Positions 36,539-45,259 of a stretch of DNA of 64,000 nt are shown here, one piece after another (within the stretch, counting starts at the first letter, position 1; each line of letters starts with the position of its first letter). Position numbers and translations under genes: made by a program. The stretch covers positions 2,976,001 to 3,040,000 of the forward strand of contig OY820591.1 of the NCBI GenBank assembly GCA_963555985.3, read 5' to 3'. This DNA comes from Dehalococcoidia bacterium (GTDB lineage: Bacteria; Chloroflexota; Dehalococcoidia; Bin125). The notes beneath the pieces are model-generated. The model was not told the DNA's origin and did not search any database. It worked only from the letters and a program-made list of their open reading frames with translations.

Positions 36539-37045
36539 GTGGCCTACGAGATCGTTGAGACCTGCATCGGCTGTACGGCCTGCACCAACCGCTGTCCCAC
36601 CAACGCGATCTGGGGCGAGCGCAACGCGATTCACTACATCGACCCGGCGCTCTGCATCGACTGCGGGGCCTGCGGCGCGGTCTGTCCGGTCGAGTGCATC
36701 CTCGACGACGACGGCGACATCTGCCGTAAGTTCGCGCGGAAAGAGTGGCCCAAGGCGGTCGTGGACGCGGACAAGTGCATCGGCTCGGGCTGCGAGATCT
36801 GCATCAACGTCTGCCCCTTCGACGCGCTGGAGCTGGACTTCACCGACGCCGCCTCCGACTTCTTCGGTCAGGCCGTGGTGATTGAGAAGAACTGCACGGG
36901 TTGCCGGCTCTGCGAACAGTCCTGCGGCTGGGACGCGGTGCATATCTACCCGGAGCGCGACCTGCTGAAGAAGCTCTACTACCCGAACGACAAGCCGACG
37001 CCGGGACAGGAGAAGTTCCTGCGTGCGAAGGCGGGTTCGCGGTAG
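36539..37045 (+). CDS. Polyferredoxin (4x 4Fe-4S motifs)
   Basis: CIGCTAC..CP, CIDCGAC..CP, CIGSGCEIC..CP, CTGCRLC..C; GTG start. Confidence 0.88.
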   Translation: MAYEIVETCIGCTACTNRCPTNAIWGERNAIHYIDPALCIDCGACGAVCPVECILDDDGDICRKFARKEWPKAVVDADKCIGSGCEICINVCPFDALELDFTDAASDFFGQAVVIEKNCTGCRLCEQSCGWDAVHIYPERDLLKKLYYPNDKPTPGQEKFLRAKAGSR

Positions 37046-37174
37046 GGGCGATTTTCGCAACTTTCAGGTTCGCTTTTCTTCCTGCGATGTCGCGGGTGGG
37101 TTGGGTTGGTCGGACCCCCCGCCTTCGCGGGGACGAGCTCTCCAGGGGAGATCGCTCTAGGGGGAGAGGGTTGA

Positions 37175-37714
37175 GGCACGGTAGGGACTGGGCGGTCGCG
37201 GTTTGCGGCCTGACGGGGGCTGTAAGAAAAAAACGAGGGTGTCGCCGCTTGCGGTCGGGGGATTACTGCGGTTCTTCCTCTTCTTCGAGGCTGTCGTCGT
37301 CGTCCGGCAGAGGGACGTCTTCGCCACGCATCAGGGCCACGGCGATGGCGTGGGGATGGAGGTGGAGTTCTTTCTTCTGCTCGGGCGTAAGGGGTGCTTC
37401 GGGCAGGCGGGGGGAGTGGTTGGGTTGGGGTTTGGGCGCGGGTTCGGGATGGGGTTCGAGGTCGAGCGCGTGGTGGATCTCTCGGGTCTTGGCGTTGGAG
37501 GGGGAGAGTTCGCGGATGAGGAGGGCGAGCGCTTTGATGCGGACGTGGCCGGCTTCGTTGGAGTGGGCGATCTGGCCGACGCCGGTCATGCTGGACTGGT
37601 AGGTGTGGGGGAAGGGCATGGCGGGTTGTTCCTTTCTTGGGGATTCCAGGACTCTTGAGCTTATCTGGATGGATGTTCGGGTTGCAAGTTGGTTGGGTGT
37701 GTTGTGGTTGTCGG
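37175..37714 (-). repeat. Dispersed promoter-ORF-tail element, copy 2
   Basis: Inverted homolog of 14458-15020. Confidence 0.9.
37263..37619 (-). CDS. Hypothetical protein of the duplicated element
   Basis: MPFPHTYQSSMTGVGQ.. near-identical to the 14556 ORF; TTGCAA-18-TAAGCT promoter. Confidence 0.75.
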   Translation of the reverse strand: MPFPHTYQSSMTGVGQIAHSNEAGHVRIKALALLIRELSPSNAKTREIHHALDLEPHPEPAPKPQPNHSPRLPEAPLTPEQKKELHLHPHAIAVALMRGEDVPLPDDDDSLEEEEEPQ

Positions 37715-37740
37715 TTTGGGGGTTGGGTGCTGGTCACGGC

Positions 37741-37971
37741 GAGATACCCGCGACGGAGCGCGGGTATGACGGAGGTGGTTGGGGGTGGGTATGACGGAGT
37801 TTGGCGGGTGTTGGGGTGTCTGTGCTGGGTGTGGCGTTCTCACCCCCTCTGTCACTTCGTGACATCTCCCCCTTGAGGGGGAGAGGGGATCAAGGGGGAG
37901 ATTTTGGGGAGGTGGGATGGGGGTTGGTGCTGGTCGCGGCGAGATTCCCGCGGCAAGCGCGGGAATGACGG
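37741..37971. repeat. REP cluster: family 1 at 37741 and 37941, family 2 at 37842-37885
   Basis: GAGAT(A/T)CCCGCG..CGCGGG(T/A)ATGACGG twice; TGTCAC-TTC-GTGACA element. Confidence 0.85.
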
Positions 37972-38003
37972 AGTCGGGGCGAGATTGACGATTGCGTGTT
38001 GGT

Positions 38004-39047
38004 CTAGCGGTCGTGGATGTCCTCGAGGAAGGAGCGGTCGAGGGCGGCGTCGAGATCGACTGGATTCTCCAGCGCGCCGTATTCGAGCAGGACGTCTGCG
38101 AGGGCTTGGAACTGGGCTCGGGTGAACCAGCCGACGCCGTTGGCGTCGGTGAGGTCGCTGACGGCGTTGGCGAGTTCGATGTCGAGGATGAAGCGTTCGT
38201 GGACGAGGTCGGGTTCGCGCTCGGTGATGAACTTGGTGGTGGACTCGATGGCGGCGGCGGGATCGTCCTGAGCGAACTCAAACGCGCGCACAGTCGCGGC
38301 GAGGAAGCGGGCGAGCTTTTCGCGGTTGTCCTCGTCTTCGAGGAACTCTTCGGTCACGAGGTAGACCACGCCCAGGGTGGGCACTTTGTAATCGGCCGCC
38401 TCGAAGACGATGATCTCCTCGCCCAAGACGCGGGTGAGGGTGTCGGGTTCGTTGGAGAGGAAGACGGGGTAGACGTCGACTTCGCCTTCGGCGAGGACGA
38501 CGGGGTTGAATCCGGTGGGGACGATTTCGACGTCGTCCACGGTCATGCCGTGTGCGGCCAGCATGGCGTGGAACTCGGCCTGGATGATGCCTTTGGTGCC
38601 GACCACTTTGCCGCGGAAGTCGGCGGGCGATTCGATCCCGCTTGACTTGAGCACGGCGTAGCCGAAGTCGCCCACTTGCCCGAAGAGCATCACGGCGACG
38701 TAGGGCGCGCCGGAGTTGGCGCGGATCTGGAGGAACTCGGAAGCGGGCAGGGTAGTGATGTCGATCTCGCCGCTGACGAGGAGATTCTTGTGTTCGCCGC
38801 CGAAGCCGGCGTGGGCAATCTCGACCTCGAGGCCCTCGTCGGCGAAGAAGCCTTGATCGTCGGCGACGTAGACGGCGACGAAGGGCAGGTTGGCCTGGGG
38901 GATGAAACCGCCCATGTAGCTGATGCTGAGGGTGTCGGAGGTGTCGTCGCCGCAGGCGCTCAGAGCGGCGCCAACGAGGGCGGCGAGCAGAAACAACGAC
39001 GCGACGAAGGCACCGCGCGCGCGGCGTGACTGCAAACGAATAAGCAT
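38004..39047 (-). CDS. NMT1/THI5-like ABC substrate-binding lipoprotein
   Basis: Lipobox LSAC, YVADDQGFFADEGLEV, GIESPADFRGK; GGAGA RBS. Confidence 0.85.
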   Translation of the reverse strand: MLIRLQSRRARGAFVASLFLLAALVGAALSACGDDTSDTLSISYMGGFIPQANLPFVAVYVADDQGFFADEGLEVEIAHAGFGGEHKNLLVSGEIDITTLPASEFLQIRANSGAPYVAVMLFGQVGDFGYAVLKSSGIESPADFRGKVVGTKGIIQAEFHAMLAAHGMTVDDVEIVPTGFNPVVLAEGEVDVYPVFLSNEPDTLTRVLGEEIIVFEAADYKVPTLGVVYLVTEEFLEDEDNREKLARFLAATVRAFEFAQDDPAAAIESTTKFITEREPDLVHERFILDIELANAVSDLTDANGVGWFTRAQFQALADVLLEYGALENPVDLDAALDRSFLEDIHDR

Positions 39048-39319
39048 GGGAACCATCTCCAGCGGCTGAGAGCGCCGGTCATCTCACTCTTTGCACCGGA
39101 CCGGCAGTCGGAGCCGCCTCCGCAGGGTTGCTGCGGCGATAGCGACCAGTTAGAGCGTATCGGCGGGTTGGTCTAGCCGCAATCGGAGACTGATGCGTAA
39201 CTCCCGAGTTGTCGAATTTCCGCTATTCCGACTCAATGAGGAGTCCAGTGCTGAGCAGATACGGAGACTGGATTCCCGCGTTCGGAGAGCTTTGCACAAT
39301 CCCCGATCTGAGCGTTTTG

Positions 39320-40336
39320 TCATTCTTGCGAAAGCGAGAAGGTGGGTTCACATTGCAACTGCAACAACTGCCGACCGAAGACTTCGGCCGGGGAGAGGTA
39401 GTCGAGGCACTGGCGGGGGGTGTTGTTGTACAACTGCAGCACTTCGATCAAACGCGCGAGGCTGAGTTGGGCGAGGTCGAGCCGGCGCGGCAGGACCCGG
39501 CGCAGGCGTCCGATCGCATTCTCGATCCCGCCCTTCTGCCAGGGCGCGTAGGGGTCGCAGAAGAAGGTCTCCACGCCCAGCCGGTGCAGTTCGTAGTGGC
39601 GGGCGAACTCGGTCCCGTTGTCGAACGCGACCGTGCGCCGCAGGGCGGGCGGCCAGGCGCGGAGCAGGCTGAGCAGCAGGCGCGCGACCGGAGCGGCCGC
39701 CTTGCCCGCCACGGGCAAGCCCACGAGCAGCCGCGAGGAGCGCTCGTGCAGCATCAGCAGGAGCGGACCGCCGCGCCCGAAGAGCATCAGGTCGGCCTCC
39801 CAGTGACCGGCTTCGAGCCGCCCGGCGGCCGCCGCCGGGCGCTCGCTCAGGGGCCGCCGCAGTTGGATGCGCTCGACCGAACTGCCGCCTTTGCGCCCGC
39901 GCCAACCGCGTTTCGCCTTGCGCCGCGGCAGATACTGGCGCCAACCGCCGCCGCGGCCGGGCTTGGCCCGCGAGGCTTGGGCGTAGATGAAGCGGTAGAT
40001 GCTCTCGTGCGAGATCACCGGCGCGCCCGCCTCGCGCGCCAGCCGGCCTGCGACCTGTTGCGGCGAGAGCCCGCGGGCCAACTCGCGCAGCACCCGCGCG
40101 CGCAGCTGATCGTCGCGTTCCAGCCGCGAACCGCGCCAGCGCCGCGCCTGGGCCTGTTGCTGGGCGTAGTCGGGACGGTAGCCGTCGCGCGCCGTGTTGC
40201 GTTTCAGCTCTCGAGCAATCGTCGATGGCGAGCGATCCAGAGCTGCAGCGATCTGCCGGATCGAGCGCCCCTCGGCCTGTAAGCGGGCAACCGCGCATCG
40301 CTCCGCCAGGTCCAACTGCGTGTACTGCGCGCCCAT
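39320..40336 (-). CDS. IS30 DDE transposase
   Basis: RSPSTIARELKRN, SHESIY, GHWEADL, FDNGTEF, PWQKGGIEN. Confidence 0.95.
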   Translation of the reverse strand: MGAQYTQLDLAERCAVARLQAEGRSIRQIAAALDRSPSTIARELKRNTARDGYRPDYAQQQAQARRWRGSRLERDDQLRARVLRELARGLSPQQVAGRLAREAGAPVISHESIYRFIYAQASRAKPGRGGGWRQYLPRRKAKRGWRGRKGGSSVERIQLRRPLSERPAAAAGRLEAGHWEADLMLFGRGGPLLLMLHERSSRLLVGLPVAGKAAAPVARLLLSLLRAWPPALRRTVAFDNGTEFARHYELHRLGVETFFCDPYAPWQKGGIENAIGRLRRVLPRRLDLAQLSLARLIEVLQLYNNTPRQCLDYLSPAEVFGRQLLQLQCEPTFSLSQE

Positions 40337-40380
40337 GGTCTCACCTCAATCATCTGTCGCACTTCGTCTGTGAGACTAGG
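39341..40380 (-). mobile_element. IS30-family insertion sequence, copy 1 (1040 bp)
   Basis: Imperfect 26-bp IRs, 3-bp TSD (GAA on +), splits a REP family 1 hairpin. Confidence 0.93.
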
Positions 40381-40408
40381 GAATCCACGTCTCACTCGAT
40401 ACGCCGCA

Positions 40409-40518
40409 TGGATTCCCGCTTTCGCGGGAATGACGGAAACGGGAGTTTGCAAAGGCCTCCCTGCGCGGGAATGACGGAATTTGGGATTAGGCGCAGGCCT
40501 CCGTTCGCGGGGATGACG
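40409..40518 (+). repeat. REP family 1 cluster
   Basis: TGGATTCCCGCTTTCGCGGGAATGAC plus two partial tandem units. Confidence 0.85.
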
Positions 40519-40557
40519 ATCAAGTGTTGGTCTGGTGAGCGTCGATCTGTAGAGGCT

Positions 40558-41850
40558 CTAGTTGATCACCCCAGCTGCGCGGAGCTCCTCAATCTCCGTG
40601 TCTCCATAGCCGGCCTCGCGCACGATCGCCTCCGTGTCCCGGCCCAGGGGCGGGGACGAGCCTTGGGCTGCGGTGGGCGTCGCGCTCATCTTGAGCAGCG
40701 GGCCGACCTGACGCTGGGAGCCGGAGAGGTCGTGGTTCAGCTCGACCACCATCTCGTTTGCAGTGATCTGCGGATCATCGGCTAACTCCTCCGGGAAGCG
40801 GATTGGGCCGCTGGGGACGCCGTGCTCCTCAAAGCGTTGGAGCCAGTGTTCGGTGCTGTGGGCGCGAACATGGGCTTCGACCTCTCGTACGCGGACGGCG
40901 GCGTTGGCGAGGGCATCGGCCATTGCGGCTGGATTGGTCAAATCGAGCTCGGGGTCGGCGAAGCCGAGGAAGTCGGTGTCGAGCGCGGCCCGTACTTTGG
41001 CCCAGAGCGAGGCCGAGAGCGCGCCGATGGCGACCGCGCCGTCGCTGGTCTCGTAGCAGCGGTAGTAGATATTCAGCGCCCCGGCCGGGCCGCGTTCCTG
41101 ATAGGCGTCCTGCAGCTCGGCGTAGGAAGCGTTGGCCGCACGCAGTTGATTGACGTTCGCCATCTTCTGCTCCACCGCTGCATCCGCCGCCGGCAACTGC
41201 ATCACCGAGCTGCCCTGCATCGCCAGCGCCGAGTTGAGCAGCGTCGTCTCCACCATCTGACCTTCGCCCGTGCGCTCGCGGTGATAGAGCGCCGCGCAGA
41301 CGCCCCAGGCGATTACGATCCCGGTCGCGTAGTCGGCTACCGGCGCGGAGACCGGGGAGGGCGCGACGCCGGCCGCGTCGAGCTTGCCGTCGAGCGCCAT
41401 TAGTCCCGACACCGCCTGCGCCACGATGTCGTAGCCCGGCCGCTGGGACCAGGGACCGCGCCGCCCGAAGGCGGTGTTATCGACGTAGATCAGGTCGGGT
41501 TTGAGCGCGCGCAGGGTGCCGTAGTCGATTCTGAGCCGCTCGGCGACGTCGGGGCGGTAGTTGATCACTACCACGTCCATCTTCGAGACCAGGCGGTGGA
41601 CGATTTCCTGCGCCTCCGGCTCGCGCAGCGCCAGTACGAGCGAGCGTTTGCCCCGATTGAGCGATTGGAACCACTTCGACTCGCCCGGCATGAACTGGGA
41701 GAACTGCCGCCAAGCTTCGCCTTCGGGGGGTTCGACCTTGATCACTTCCGCGCCCATATCGGCGAGATTCTGGCAGCCGAAGGGTCCGGCGATAATCTGC
41801 GAGAACTCAAGCACGCGAATGCCGTTGAGGGGTCCGGAGTGGTCAGCCAT
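40558..41850 (-). CDS. CaiB/BaiF CoA transferase
   Basis: PLNGIRVLEF, LADMGAEVIKVE, LNRGKRS, RPGYD. Confidence 0.93.
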   Translation of the reverse strand: MADHSGPLNGIRVLEFSQIIAGPFGCQNLADMGAEVIKVEPPEGEAWRQFSQFMPGESKWFQSLNRGKRSLVLALREPEAQEIVHRLVSKMDVVVINYRPDVAERLRIDYGTLRALKPDLIYVDNTAFGRRGPWSQRPGYDIVAQAVSGLMALDGKLDAAGVAPSPVSAPVADYATGIVIAWGVCAALYHRERTGEGQMVETTLLNSALAMQGSSVMQLPAADAAVEQKMANVNQLRAANASYAELQDAYQERGPAGALNIYYRCYETSDGAVAIGALSASLWAKVRAALDTDFLGFADPELDLTNPAAMADALANAAVRVREVEAHVRAHSTEHWLQRFEEHGVPSGPIRFPEELADDPQITANEMVVELNHDLSGSQRQVGPLLKMSATPTAAQGSSPPLGRDTEAIVREAGYGDTEIEELRAAGVIN

Positions 41851-41921
41851 GATGTCTTCTATCCTCCAGCTTGACACAGGTCGCCGCTCAGTATCGGCGA
41901 TGCTCTGGTGAGGGGATAGCA

Positions 41922-43709
41922 ATGCGGTTGTTGTGGCTACTACTGGTATCGGCGCTACTTGGCGGGCTAGCGCTCAGCGCCTGCAAGGACTCCATTCCCT
42001 CTGCGGATGAGCGCGAGGTCGTGGAGCGCGAGGTCGCGGAGCGTGAAGAGGCGACGCCGCAGCCGGTGGCGGAGATGCAGGTGCGATTCGTCGATGACAC
42101 CGAATCCGCCGGTCTGAGCTACGTGCAGCACGTGAAGAACGAACCCCCGGAGTGTCTCTTCGACAATCTGATGCGCGCGACCGAAGCGGAACGGGAAGGC
42201 ACGCTCTGCGACGCCGAGCGGATGACCGGCGGCGCGGCCGCCGGCGACTTCGACGGCGACGGGGCGACCGATCTTTTGGTCACGCGGCTCGATGGGTACG
42301 ATCTGCTGTTCCGCAATATGGGCGACGGGCGTTTCGTCGATGTCTCGGCGTCGGCCGGGCTGGCGCGCTGGAATCTGGCCTCGAACGGGGCGGCCTGGGG
42401 CGATATCGACAACGACGGCGACCTTGATCTGTTCATCACGACGGTCGGCGATACGCGCCACTATCTGTTCATCAACGATGGCGCGGGCGGGTTCAGCGAA
42501 GCGGCGATTGAGCGCGGCGCCGCGGTCGATACGGGCGACCGGCGGATTGGGTTCTCGGCCTCGTTCGGGGACTACGACCGCGACGGTTTCCTCGATCTGC
42601 ATGTGACCGAGTGGCGGCCGTCTCAGTTGGTGGGCGAAGCGCAAGCGGGAGTGGTGCTGCTGCGCAATCGGGGCGCGGAGGCTCCGGGCTACTTCGAGGA
42701 TGTGACCGAGGCAGCCGGCGTGGTGATGGCCGGAGTGGTCTCGCAGACTCAATCGGAGTTGACGGAGGGGACGTTTGCGTTCGGCTCGACCTTCGTCGAT
42801 CTCGATGACGACGGCTGGCCCGATCTGGCGATCGCGTCCGACTTCGGCACGAGCCGGTTGTTCTGGAACAACGGCGACGGCACCTTTACGGACGGCACAT
42901 TGGCGGCAAGCGTCGGCACGGCGCAGAACGCGATGGGGACGACCTTCGGCGATTTCGACGCCGACGGCGACTTCGACTGGTTCGTCACCTCGATCTATTC
43001 GACTCAATCCGGGAGTCCGGGCGGCGAAGAGCCCGGGACCAAGGACGGCAACCGGCTCTTCCGCAACGAGGGCGGGCGGCGGTTTGTCGATGCGACCGAC
43101 GCCGCCGGGGTGCGCGACGGCTCCTGGGGCTGGGGTGCTGCGTTCTTCGACGCGGACAACGACGGCGATCTCGATCTGACGATGACCAACGGGATGGAGA
43201 TGATGCCCGGCTACCACGCCGACGCGATGCGCTACTGGGAGAACAACGGCGCAGGCGTCTTCCGCAGCCGCAGCACGGAGGTCGGCCTGGACGACATTGA
43301 GGACGGCAAGGGCTTGCTGGTCTTCGACGCGGACAACGACGGCGATCTCGATGTGTTCGTGGTCAACAACGCCTCGCCGCCGCGCTTCTACCGGAACGAG
43401 TCGGAGTCGGCGGGCGCTTGGCTGCGGATCTCGCTGGAAGGCACCGAGAGCAATCGTCAGGGTTTGGGCGCGCGGGTCTTCGTGCGGGCGGCGGGCTTGC
43501 CGGAGCAGATCCGGGAGATGGGAGTCTCCAGTCACTTCCTGGGTCAGAGCGAGTCGGAGTTGCACTTTGGGTTGGGAGGGGCGGACGAGGCGGTCGTGAT
43601 CGTGCAGTGGCCCGCATCTGGGGTGGTGACGACGCTGCGCGAGGTACCGGCGAACTCGTGGATTCGGGTCGTGGAGGGCGAGTCGGGATTTGAAGTGGTT
43701 GGGGGGTGA
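41922..43709 (+). CDS. CRTAC1/ASPIC-UnbV family FG-GAP repeat lipoprotein
   Basis: Lipobox LSAC; multiple GD(F/Y/I)DxDGxxDL repeats; C-terminal LHFGLG..VQWP. Confidence 0.88.
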   Translation: MRLLWLLLVSALLGGLALSACKDSIPSADEREVVEREVAEREEATPQPVAEMQVRFVDDTESAGLSYVQHVKNEPPECLFDNLMRATEAEREGTLCDAERMTGGAAAGDFDGDGATDLLVTRLDGYDLLFRNMGDGRFVDVSASAGLARWNLASNGAAWGDIDNDGDLDLFITTVGDTRHYLFINDGAGGFSEAAIERGAAVDTGDRRIGFSASFGDYDRDGFLDLHVTEWRPSQLVGEAQAGVVLLRNRGAEAPGYFEDVTEAAGVVMAGVVSQTQSELTEGTFAFGSTFVDLDDDGWPDLAIASDFGTSRLFWNNGDGTFTDGTLAASVGTAQNAMGTTFGDFDADGDFDWFVTSIYSTQSGSPGGEEPGTKDGNRLFRNEGGRRFVDATDAAGVRDGSWGWGAAFFDADNDGDLDLTMTNGMEMMPGYHADAMRYWENNGAGVFRSRSTEVGLDDIEDGKGLLVFDADNDGDLDVFVVNNASPPRFYRNESESAGAWLRISLEGTESNRQGLGARVFVRAAGLPEQIREMGVSSHFLGQSESELHFGLGGADEAVVIVQWPASGVVTTLREVPANSWIRVVEGESGFEVVGG

Positions 43710-43787
43710 GGTCGGAGCGCGTCTCACTGCGGCAAACGTTGCGGGAGCGACAGACAGAGGGGGGCGGGCTGTGCGATCCTGAAGCCA

Positions 43788-43893
43788 GGACTGGACGGGA
43801 GGCCGGCCGGGAGCTGAAGCGGTGTGAAGCCCGCCAACCATCAACAGGCGGCACTGAGAGCCTCGCGGACGGGCCACTGGGAACACACAGTCC
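43788..43893 (+). ncRNA. Candidate structured leader RNA (unassigned)
   Basis: GGACTG/CAGTCC closing stem, GCGG-loop-CCGC, GAGGC/GCCTC. Confidence 0.35.
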
Positions 43894-43914
43894 GCCTAGA
43901 TCGATCCCTCCCCC

Positions 43915-45042
43915 ATGTCTCGCAGAAACAATGAACACGTCTTCGACGTTGTAGTCGTCGGCGCTGGCGCCGCAGGGGTGGGCGTCGCGGTCACGATCAT
44001 GCATGCCGGCATCGAAAACTTCGTGGTGCTCGATCGCCGCAGCGTCGGCTCTTCGTTCGCGTCGTGGCCAGCGGAGACCCGCTTCATCACACCGTCGTTT
44101 GCAACGAATTCGATCGGCATGCTCGATCTGAACTCGATCGCGATCGGAACGTCGCCCGCCTATAGTTTGGGCGTCGAGCACCCGACCGGCCAGGACTACG
44201 CCAGGTATCTGCGCGGCGTCGCGCGGTTCTTTGAACTGCCGGTGCGCGACGATGTCGACGTCGTGCAGGTCGCTGCGGTTGACGGGGGCTTTCGCATCAG
44301 TACGGTCGGCGAGGTCCTGCGAGCCAAGCACGTCATTTGGGCCGCCGGTGAGTTCCAGTACCCGCAGCTCAGTGGGTTTGAGGGCAGCCAATGGTGCCGA
44401 CATACCGCGTCCATCGCGAGTTATGAGGCGCTTGACGGCGATGACTTCATCGTGGTGGGCGGTTACGAAAGCGGCATTGACGCGGCCTATCACCTGGCCT
44501 GGTGCGACAAGCGGGTGCAGGTGTTCGACATGGGTTGCCCGTGGGAGGAAGAGAGTTCTGATCCGAGCATCGCGCTCTCCCCGTTCACGCTTGAGCGGAT
44601 GCATGAGCAGCCGTTCGCTGAGCAGGTGGAGTTATTTCCGAATACGACTGTCGAATCGGTCGCCCGCGTGGACGGCGCGTATGAGGTGACGGTTCAGGAC
44701 GGGCGTCGGTTTCATACGCGCGCGCAGCCGCTCCTGGCGGGCGGGTTTGAAGGCAGCCACCGCTTAGTCGCGGATCTGTTTGAGCAGCGCGAAGACGGCT
44801 CCCTGCTGCTGAGTGAAGACGACGAATCGACCATCTCGCCGGGCATATTCCTCTGCGGTCCCGCCGTTCGCCACAACGATCACATCTTCTGCTTCATCTT
44901 CAAGTATCGGCAGCGTTTCGCGGTCGTCGCCAAAGCGATTGCGACCTCGCTCGGTCTGCCGGCGGAAGCGTTGGAGGAGTATCGCAAGTGGGGGATGTAT
45001 CTCGATGATCTCTCCTGCTGTGGTCAGCAGTGCGCATGTTGA
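43915..45042 (+). CDS. NAD(P)/FAD-dependent oxidoreductase with Cys-rich C-terminus
   Basis: VGAGAAG, FITPSF, WAAGEFQYP, GGYESGID, FCFIFKYR, DDLSCCGQQCAC. Confidence 0.85.
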   Translation: MSRRNNEHVFDVVVVGAGAAGVGVAVTIMHAGIENFVVLDRRSVGSSFASWPAETRFITPSFATNSIGMLDLNSIAIGTSPAYSLGVEHPTGQDYARYLRGVARFFELPVRDDVDVVQVAAVDGGFRISTVGEVLRAKHVIWAAGEFQYPQLSGFEGSQWCRHTASIASYEALDGDDFIVVGGYESGIDAAYHLAWCDKRVQVFDMGCPWEEESSDPSIALSPFTLERMHEQPFAEQVELFPNTTVESVARVDGAYEVTVQDGRRFHTRAQPLLAGGFEGSHRLVADLFEQREDGSLLLSEDDESTISPGIFLCGPAVRHNDHIFCFIFKYRQRFAVVAKAIATSLGLPAEALEEYRKWGMYLDDLSCCGQQCAC

Positions 45043-45254
45043 TCGGGAACGGGCACGAGGACAGCGCAGGGCGCAGTCGGCTGGCCCGGGCGCTGAGCTT
45101 CAAGTGGCTCGGGCAAACGGTCGCCAGCCTGTGCTGGATGGCCAGCATGTTGGCGTACGGGATCGAGTCCGGCGGGGATTGGCTGCAACTGTGCGCCGCC
45201 TCCGCCTGGCTGCTGGCCAACCTGGCGGCGCTTGCGCCTGTCGATGCTGACTGA
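45036..45254 (+). CDS. Small two-TM membrane protein
   Basis: KWLGQTVASLCW..GDWLQL; overlaps the upstream stop. Confidence 0.65.
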   Translation: MLIGNGHEDSAGRSRLARALSFKWLGQTVASLCWMASMLAYGIESGGDWLQLCAASAWLLANLAALAPVDAD

Positions 45255-45259
45255 CGGCG

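Noticed and set aside
43781-43893. Canonical cobalamin riboswitch
   Set aside because: Conserved words are out of order and the GCCCCCGC/ACTGT core is missing; kept only as an unassigned candidate
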